Origin: a virus
Taxonomy: Duplodnaviria > Caudoviricetes
DNA length: 41,629 nt
Virus record (IMG/VR): IMGVR_UViG_3300020045_012448
Location: 1 to 41,629 of that record
Direction: 5' to 3' (one strand)
The position numbers and the translations under genes are program-made. Shown here piece by piece: positions 36,230-41,629 of the stretch. How positions within the stretch are numbered: the first letter of the stretch is position 1; each line of letters opens with the position of its first letter. The notes under the pieces were generated by a model. It was not told the DNA's origin and ran no database searches. It was given only the letters and a program-made list of their open reading frames with translations.

Positions 36230-36490
36230 TCAGTATTTGTCTTTGGCGCGTTGGCGAGCATTATCGGCTCGTTGATTCAGTCCCGCAACAACACCCTCAA
36301 TAAAGATATTTTCATTTCCTTTTAAGGAATAATTTGAATCTTTTCCCAAGCACTCGCTCAAGACGTGTGCCGCATACTGGTCTAGGGATTTTTCAAGCCA
36401 CTCATCAAAAGCTATAGACGACAATCTTCGGTTGATATAATCCGCACTATGCTTCACAAATTCGGTCAGTATTTCTTGTTTTGATTTCAC
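36230..36490 (-). CDS. Hypothetical protein
   Basis: 86-aa ORF overlapping the upstream stop codon. Confidence 0.6.
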   Translation of the reverse strand: MKSKQEILTEFVKHSADYINRRLSSIAFDEWLEKSLDQYAAHVLSECLGKDSNYSLKGNENIFIEGVVAGLNQRADNARQRAKDKY

Positions 36491-37134
36491 GGCTTATTGA
36501 TTAAGGTTCTTTTGAGTATCCATTCATGACAGAGTTTGCGGATTTTGTTTCGTGCTGCTGCTGCTGCTGCTGCGCGTGCTGCTGCGTCTGCTGCTGCGTC
36601 TGCTGCTGCTGCTGCGTATGCTGCTGCGTCTGCTGCTGCGTCTGCTGCTGCGTATGCTGCTGCGGCTGCTGCGTATGCTGCTGCGTATGCTGCTGCGCGT
36701 GCTGCTGCGTCTGCTGCGCGTGCTGCTGCTGCGCGATTTTTAGGCGTATCGGATTTTAATACCCTTTTCGCAGCTTCAATAGCTTCCCTAGGGAGTTTAC
36801 CATTGGGGCATTCCTTTTCGTAAATGTCAATAACCAATTCTGCGGCATAGATTGCCAGCGCAACGCTGTCTTTCTTTGTCCATTTGTAGGTTTTGACAAT
36901 CTTCATTTCCGACCAGCATTCTTTGTCGGCCTGAATCTCATGCTCCCCCCGCACCTCCACTCTCGCAAGAACGCCGCAATTGACATATCCCATAGCGTCT
37001 ATGATGTTCTTGCTGGCATGAAAACCGCGATTGCAGATTTGGATTTCACCATCAATCTTGTTCCAGACTCCTTCCTTGAACTGGAAACCGTTTGGTTTTA
37101 TGTCTGCGGGGAGTGATTTGTAGAGAGTTTTCAT
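36487..37134 (-). CDS. Phage protein with a C..GFHA N-terminal domain and an Ala-rich low-complexity tract
   Basis: ICNRGFHAS...LARVEVRG, ALAIYAAELV...PREAIEAAK, then AAYAAADAAA repeats encoded by a GCA-rich microsatellite at ~36553-36735. Confidence 0.75.
   Translation of the reverse strand: MKTLYKSLPADIKPNGFQFKEGVWNKIDGEIQICNRGFHASKNIIDAMGYVNCGVLARVEVRGEHEIQADKECWSEMKIVKTYKWTKKDSVALAIYAAELVIDIYEKECPNGKLPREAIEAAKRVLKSDTPKNRAAAARAADAAARAAAYAAAYAAAAAAYAAADAAADAAAYAAAAADAAADAAARAAAAAAARNKIRKLCHEWILKRTLINKP
36501..36560. repeat. 60-bp direct repeat, copy 2
   Basis: 59/60 identical to 34939-34998. Confidence 0.95.
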
Positions 37135-37206
37135 GGGTTTAGGATTAAATGATTTTCATTTTATGGAGTGTCTTTTGACTATATTTTGTTAATGATAGTT
37201 GGCTAT

Positions 37207-37570
37207 AATCCTTGAGAACTGGCAGGGAAGGAGGGCGAGAAGCCCTAGCTGTCTCACGTTTCAAGCGTTCTTCTCCCCAGCCAAGTTGTCCGCGCGGCGT
37301 CTTGGCGTTACTTTATCCCGCTCCTCCTCTGTCAGTTTTCAGTGTGCTTGACCCCTAAAATCTCTGGCGGCATCTGGCTTGCGTTCTCTAACCGTAAGCT
37401 GACTACACCCTTTCGCTTTTTAACGTCAGCTATGCTATGTAAAGGGCGACGGGAGGCTTGTTGCTACATTTATGATGTGCGGGTGTTGATGCTCCCGCTG
37501 GAACTCATACCCTTTCGGGTCGCTTCTCAAGAAGTTTCCGCCACACCAGAGGTTTCAGTTTTCAAGGATT
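37207..37570 (-). ncRNA. Candidate structured ncRNA locus with two tRNA-like brackets
   Basis: Terminal 14/15-bp inverted repeat, two TGAAAACTGA leaders, acceptor-like stems and a GAAA tetraloop hairpin; no credible ORF. Confidence 0.55.
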
Positions 37571-37738
37571 GGATTTTTTAGGTTTGGGATAAAGAATTTT
37601 GTGGAATATTTTGATATAGGTCTTTTTCAGCCATGTTAATATCTTTATTTTAGTTGCAGTTTTCATTTTTTTAAGGATGACGATGACAATGTGAGGCGGG
37701 AGTACTATCTCTAGGTCACTGGCCGTCAATAGCGTATC

Positions 37739-38011
37739 TCAAGCGTTATTCCCTCTACTATTCGCGCTCTTCCCGAGGAGCATTTTTTTAAAATTTCTGA
37801 TCATCTCTTTTTTTGATTTTTTATATTTTACGCATGCAAGTCGCGATTGAATTAACCTGCATTCAGGAAGACGGCAATAGCACATATCGCTGCGATGCGG
37901 GACGAATTGCATTCCGCAATTTTTGCAGCGCCGCCGATAAAGTTTTCCTTTTCTGCGCGGTCTTTTGTAAATTTTTTCTGGCCATTCTCTGATTAGTTTT
38001 ACGATCGGCAT
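37739..38011 (-). CDS. Basic zinc-ribbon protein
   Basis: RRCKNCGMQF...YCRLPECR. Confidence 0.65.
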   Translation of the reverse strand: MPIVKLIREWPEKIYKRPRRKGKLYRRRCKNCGMQFVPHRSDMCYCRLPECRLIQSRLACVKYKKSKKEMIRNFKKMLLGKSANSRGNNA

Positions 38012-38016
38012 TTTTT

Positions 38017-38295
38017 TTATTTTAAAGAGATCAGGAGATTGGTCGTCTCAATGAGTGCCGATAGTAGTATCGCCAAGCCAGAAAGGCCGCAGGCGATCCA
38101 ATAGAATTGCTGCCGCGTAAAACGAAATTGATTTGTGCGATTTTCGGGCATGTGCCAGAAATAGCCATCCGGTGTACATGGGCGGAATGGATAATAGGCT
38201 TTTGCCACTATCTTCATTCCTGTAATTTGCGCGATTTTTCGCCCGTTCCTTATGATATCGGCGCAGGTGGGCATTTTTTGTAAATCTTTAAGCAT
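38017..38295 (-). CDS. Hypothetical protein with a C-terminal TM helix
   Basis: Start moved to MLKDLQ (38295) to avoid overlap; FYWIACGLSGLAILLSALI. Confidence 0.55.
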   Translation of the reverse strand: MLKDLQKMPTCADIIRNGRKIAQITGMKIVAKAYYPFRPCTPDGYFWHMPENRTNQFRFTRQQFYWIACGLSGLAILLSALIETTNLLISLK

Positions 38296-38299
38296 AAAA

Positions 38300-38515
38300 T
38301 TAAGTGAATAAAGTAAAATCTGTTTCGCCAAATCTGTTTTTAGCGACAGAATATTTGTCGCCATATTCAGTTTCGCTGGGCTGAACCTCCCAGCCTTCTG
38401 CTTGAAGCTCCAGCATGTCTTCACTTCTAAATCCAAACATTGTAATACACGCACGATTATTCCCGATGATGACGGCGATTTGTTTCAATTTTTTAAGGAA
38501 TTTTTTATCAATCAT
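38300..38515 (-). CDS. Hypothetical protein
   Basis: 71-aa ORF with an A-rich leader. Confidence 0.6.
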   Translation of the reverse strand: MIDKKFLKKLKQIAVIIGNNRACITMFGFRSEDMLELQAEGWEVQPSETEYGDKYSVAKNRFGETDFTLFT

Positions 38516-38551
38516 TTTTATTATTTTAAAAAATAAATAACTGGTAATCTT

Positions 38552-39484
38552 TTAACGACGATCGTGCTTGAGTGCCGCTTTTTTCTTTTTGCCGGCATCA
38601 ATTTTTTCGTCCTCCGATTCCTCAAATGCCACCTCAACAAGTTGGCGCTCCGGGCCAGTAATATATCCGCCGCGTTCATTGATACTGTCTACTTGGATGG
38701 CGCGCGCCAGAGTTTCGCCCTCAACTTTTTCGCTCGTGGGAAGCAGCTTTGCCATCTGCTTAAAAACCGTCTTCATCCACATCCATAACATCGGATCGCC
38801 TTTGGCCCACGGGCCGGAATCTTTTGCTTTGGACATTTCCTTGATCTTCATTATGTCGGCTTTCGTCATATAGCGAAAGATTTTGCGTCCGTTAATCTCC
38901 GCCCACGCATAAGCTCCGATTGGTTCGCCGCGAACAGCAGCGGTACGCTCATGCTCTAGTCGCGGTGATGTGCCGAGAATTTCTCTAAATTTGTCATTCG
39001 CGTAGACGACTTCGGCATCGCACATAGTGATGCCAGAGCGGTAAGCGAGAGTCTTAAGTCCGCGATATCCGATCTGGAATTGCGCGATATTTCCGTAAGG
39101 CAGAACGTAACAATCGCCGGCGGCACTGCCGGGATAAAGTCCTAAGGCAGCGCATTCCATGAATGCGCCGATAAGGGATTCCTGCGTGCATGTTCGCAGC
39201 TTCGGAATTCGTTGAACAACATGCGCGACAGCAGACATGAATCGCAGAGCGTTTTGTTCGTTCCCGAGAAAATTATTCAATGCCGCCCTCTGCCCAGCAA
39301 GGAGTATTCTCACAGGATCAGATGCGGACTTTGCGACTGCGCTGGATGCCTTGGTGTCCACTATTACGTGAGTTGTTTGTTTTGCGCCTGCTCCCTGACT
39401 CTCGGCTATAACCGCAACAACCTTTTTTTCGCTCGGAGGCAAAAATGCGGTTTTTGTTTCGTTGAATGGTAATTCTGGTTCCAT
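38552..39484 (-). CDS. recT: RecT-family single-strand annealing protein
   Basis: PKLRTCTQESL, LGLYP, CYVLPY, AQFQIGYRGL, IGAYA, SGPW, MWMKTV. Confidence 0.92.
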   Translation of the reverse strand: MEPELPFNETKTAFLPPSEKKVVAVIAESQGAGAKQTTHVIVDTKASSAVAKSASDPVRILLAGQRAALNNFLGNEQNALRFMSAVAHVVQRIPKLRTCTQESLIGAFMECAALGLYPGSAAGDCYVLPYGNIAQFQIGYRGLKTLAYRSGITMCDAEVVYANDKFREILGTSPRLEHERTAAVRGEPIGAYAWAEINGRKIFRYMTKADIMKIKEMSKAKDSGPWAKGDPMLWMWMKTVFKQMAKLLPTSEKVEGETLARAIQVDSINERGGYITGPERQLVEVAFEESEDEKIDAGKKKKAALKHDRR

Positions 39485-39542
39485 TTTTTGAAATTAAAAA
39501 ATAAAAATCTTACTGAAGTTTGCCAATAGACTTAAATTACTT

Positions 39543-39713
39543 TTACTGTTTTTTTCGGTGCGCACACACTGCATCCAGCAGGAACTGCTGTGCGATTTCC
39601 GCGATGTGGACATGCCGATCGGCAGCTATCATCCGCAGTTCTTTGTGAAGGTCTTCCGAGATGCGCACCGACTGCGTCTTCGGCATCGTTTCTTTTTCTT
39701 TTTTCATTTTCAT
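39543..39713 (-). CDS. Ribbon-helix-helix (Arc/CopG-like) regulator, 56 aa (not in the ORF track)
   Basis: TQSVRISEDLHKELRMIAADRHVHIAEIAQQFL. Confidence 0.75.
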   Translation of the reverse strand: MKMKKEKETMPKTQSVRISEDLHKELRMIAADRHVHIAEIAQQFLLDAVCAHRKKQ

Positions 39714-39731
39714 AATTTAAAAAATAAAATA

Positions 39732-39872
39732 TTATTGATTTGTCATATCGTCATATTTGGCTTCCTCCTGTTCAGCGATTGCCCTTGTGGTGAGAATCGG
39801 CGCGCATTCGCAGAAGCGCCACACTTCGCCACATCTGACACATTCTTCGCCTGCAGGAATATTTGAACTCAT
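39732..39872 (-). CDS. Small Cys-containing ORF, or C-terminal part of the zinc-finger gene starting at 3780
   Basis: (MSS)NIPAGEECVRCGEVWRFCECAPILTTRAIAEQEEAKYDDMTNQ*. Confidence 0.5.
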   Translation of the reverse strand: MSSNIPAGEECVRCGEVWRFCECAPILTTRAIAEQEEAKYDDMTNQ

Positions 39873-39920
39873 CTTTTGACTTGGTGAAGGGATAAATAGA
39901 TTGATTCTCTGGTTTGTGGC

Positions 39921-40085
39921 CTATCCTCTCTTATTCCAACACTCTACACATAGCGTCTCGTGTCCACCCGCTTCAATAGCTTCCTCCTTCACGCAATCGG
40001 CACAGACGTCTTCTAAGCACCGTGCACAGATTGCGTAATGAAACTCCTCCTCAAATTCCGTCTTGCAGGATGTGCATAATTTCAT
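39921..40085 (-). CDS. Four-CxxC zinc-finger protein, 54 aa (not in the ORF track)
   Basis: MKLCTSC...CARC...CADC...AGGHETLCVEC aligns without gaps to the ORF starting at 3780. Confidence 0.8.
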   Translation of the reverse strand: MKLCTSCKTEFEEEFHYAICARCLEDVCADCVKEEAIEAGGHETLCVECWNKRG

Positions 40086-40308
40086 ATATTTTTTTTGTTA
40101 AAAAATAGTATTCCGGCGCAATACGAGGAGCTTCCGAACTCTCCGGTGGAAGACGATCCTTCAGAATCTCCTTAAATGGAGATTTTTTATTTCTAAATCT
40201 CCTCGGAAAAACTACATTCAGGAACCTATAAATCCGGTCAATCTTCCTTTGAATTCTTGCCTGGCAAGCAATGCACTTCTTATCGTGTTTAAAATTTTTA
40301 TATTCCAT
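40051..40308 (-). CDS. Hypothetical basic protein
   Basis: 85-aa ORF that overlaps the next gene. Confidence 0.45.
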   Translation of the reverse strand: MEYKNFKHDKKCIACQARIQRKIDRIYRFLNVVFPRRFRNKKSPFKEILKDRLPPESSEAPRIAPEYYFLTKKIYEIMHILQDGI

Positions 40309-40324
40309 ATTTTTCTACAAACCA

Positions 40325-40567
40325 GATTGCTTCTCTCTGTGCTATGAGCGATACCCTTTTTCTCGCCTTTTACAGCAGGGCTTGCGGCGTACAACTCGCT
40401 ATCTAAGTCCGAGGTAGTAGACCAGCTCTACTCGGCTACCATAGTTCTAGAACCTACATTCGTTTCAACCAATCAAGTATTACCTTTAAAGGCATCTACG
40501 CTCAGTTCCTCGTTGTACCTATGGTCGTTATGTCAACGGATTACTCACAGCACGAAAAGAACCAATC
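40325..40567 (-). ncRNA. Candidate structured ncRNA downstream of the holin
   Basis: 28-bp closing stem with G-U pairs on the minus strand, plus internal crossing 7-bp helices. Confidence 0.55.
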
Positions 40568-40751
40568 AGATTATCGGCTCCATTGTCAGTGCCCGCAATA
40601 TAACATCTAATATACTCTTCATTATAAGGATATATCCTATAGATGATAAGTCGGGGTTTTCGGCTAATGCGGCGGTCAAAACTCCTAGAACACCTTGCAG
40701 TGCGGCGAGGAGCAAAGTCTTTGAAAGATACCAAGGTTTTTTCTGAATCAT
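40566..40751 (-). CDS. Holin-like small membrane protein
   Basis: KKPWYLSKTL, two hydrophobic helices, ILRALTMEPI; follows the M23 gene. Confidence 0.75.
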   Translation of the reverse strand: MIQKKPWYLSKTLLLAALQGVLGVLTAALAENPDLSSIGYILIMKSILDVILRALTMEPII

Positions 40752-40752
40752 C

Positions 40753-41343
40753 TTACTTAGATTTTAGCATGGAAGTTAATAGTCCGACAAGGAGTTTTAG
40801 TTTTTCGATGATTTGATACTGGATTCTCACTCCGCTTGCGTATTTTTCGTTGAAATAAGGCTTTGGATCGCAGTTTCCTGCGTAGCCGTTCGCCTGTTGG
40901 GTGTTGTACCATTGCCAATCTTGTTCTATGACTGCCTGTTGAGGTTTGATTGAGAAATGAAGGTGAACTCCTTTGGCTCCGGTGCTTCCCATATAACCTA
41001 CTGTGTCTCCAACCTTAACAATCTGGCCGACTCCAACTGGAATGTTCGGTAAGATATGCCAATAGATATGTTTTATGTACGCAGATTCTCCGTTGATTTC
41101 TCTTTCGTCTTCGGTGCGGATAACTACGCCACATCCACCGCCCTCATCAGCTCCAGCGAAGACCACCTTGCCATCACTGGCCGCGAATATCTCCTGGCCT
41201 TCTATACCTGCACAATCTACGCCTGGATGACCCCTTAGTCCCATAGCTTTGTAGTTCGGAACTAGATTCTTTCCGAACTCCTGGGTGATGACCATCGGTG
41301 AGACCGGATAAAACAAAGCTAACCTCATCATTCTTCTATCCAA
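40753..41343 (-). CDS. M23 family peptidase (endolysin)
   Basis: GHPGVD (HxxxD), IYWH, YMGSTG, GVHLHF (HxH). Confidence 0.92.
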   Translation of the reverse strand: MDRRMMRLALFYPVSPMVITQEFGKNLVPNYKAMGLRGHPGVDCAGIEGQEIFAASDGKVVFAGADEGGGCGVVIRTEDEREINGESAYIKHIYWHILPNIPVGVGQIVKVGDTVGYMGSTGAKGVHLHFSIKPQQAVIEQDWQWYNTQQANGYAGNCDPKPYFNEKYASGVRIQYQIIEKLKLLVGLLTSMLKSK

Positions 41344-41629
41344 ATAACTGTATAAGCGTGAGTTTGACCTGCAACCAAGGCCACACCATTGAAGTTTACG
41401 GCTAGAATCTGCCCTGTACCTCTCAATACATGCGGCTGGTCTAACAAAGAGTTCGGTGAAAATGCCAAGAAGTCAAACCCAGCATCTTCTCTTATTCCTG
41501 CGAATGTAGCTGGCGTAGCCACGGGAGATGAAACCCTAATGATAGCAGCCGTGCCCACAGGAGTCCCCAGTGTCGGATTAGCGGTGTAATGTCCTACAGT
41601 TGCCGTTACTCCTGCATTAGTACAGTCAT
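41328..41629 (-). CDS. C-terminal fragment of a virion-type protein running off the window
   Basis: Open frame from the window end to ...HAYTVIWIEE*. Confidence 0.55.
   Translation of the reverse strand, partial: DCTNAGVTATVGHYTANPTLGTPVGTAAIIRVSSPVATPATFAGIREDAGFDFLAFSPNSLLDQPHVLRGTGQILAVNFNGVALVAGQTHAYTVIWIEE

Noticed and set aside
34939-36560. 60-bp repeat pair as the TR/VR of a diversity-generating retroelement
   Set aside because: There is only one mismatch, no reverse transcriptase in the window, and the target is not a C-type-lectin-like domain.
36526-36823. Plus-strand poly-Cys, poly-Ala and poly-Leu ORFs
   Set aside because: These are shadow frames of the GCA-rich tract in the minus-strand Ala-rich gene.
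39866-39923. TAG recoding (alternative genetic code) suggested by the in-frame continuation after the Zn-finger TAG
   Set aside because: This is a single case; other genes are intact under code 11, and TAG ends plausible genes at 21083 and 32739.
40440-40510. Hammerhead ribozyme (minus-strand CTGAGCG...GAAAC-GAAT-GTA)
   Set aside because: The core is not CUGANGA and stem I does not pair in the required register.

Overview
Three phage-derived segments joined end to end. (1) 1 to ~3545: a visibly GC-richer fragment with a 5'-truncated P22-like portal and two virion genes, the second cut off at the junction. (2) ~3543-39865: an apparently near-complete ~36 kb HK97-type siphovirus genome. Its A-rich, mostly Shine-Dalgarno-less or leaderless gene starts suggest a Patescibacteria/CPR-like host (inference). 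The rightward arm runs: PD-(D/E)XK nuclease-FtsK motor fusion, DUF4373-like replication initiator with internal iterons, VRR-NUC nuclease, a four-gene glycan-modification cluster, ParB-DNA methylase, cysteine peptidase, TerS/TerL, portal-MuF fusion, prohead protease, major capsid, a head-fibre-like module, neck, tail and lysis genes. The leftward arm runs: RHH regulator, RecT, small ORFs, a structured non-coding locus, two more DNA methylases and a membrane protein with an FtsK-gamma-like winged helix. No integrase or CI-like repressor was recognised. (3) ~39866-41629: the end of another phage late operon on the minus strand (M23 peptidase, holin, candidate ncRNA, Zn-finger). The best candidate for an undescribed system is a split FtsK: the alpha/beta motor is fused to a nuclease, while the membrane anchor and gamma-like domain sit in a separate gene next to an oriented TTGAAY repeat array. 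All family assignments come from motif recognition by eye; no database searches were run.
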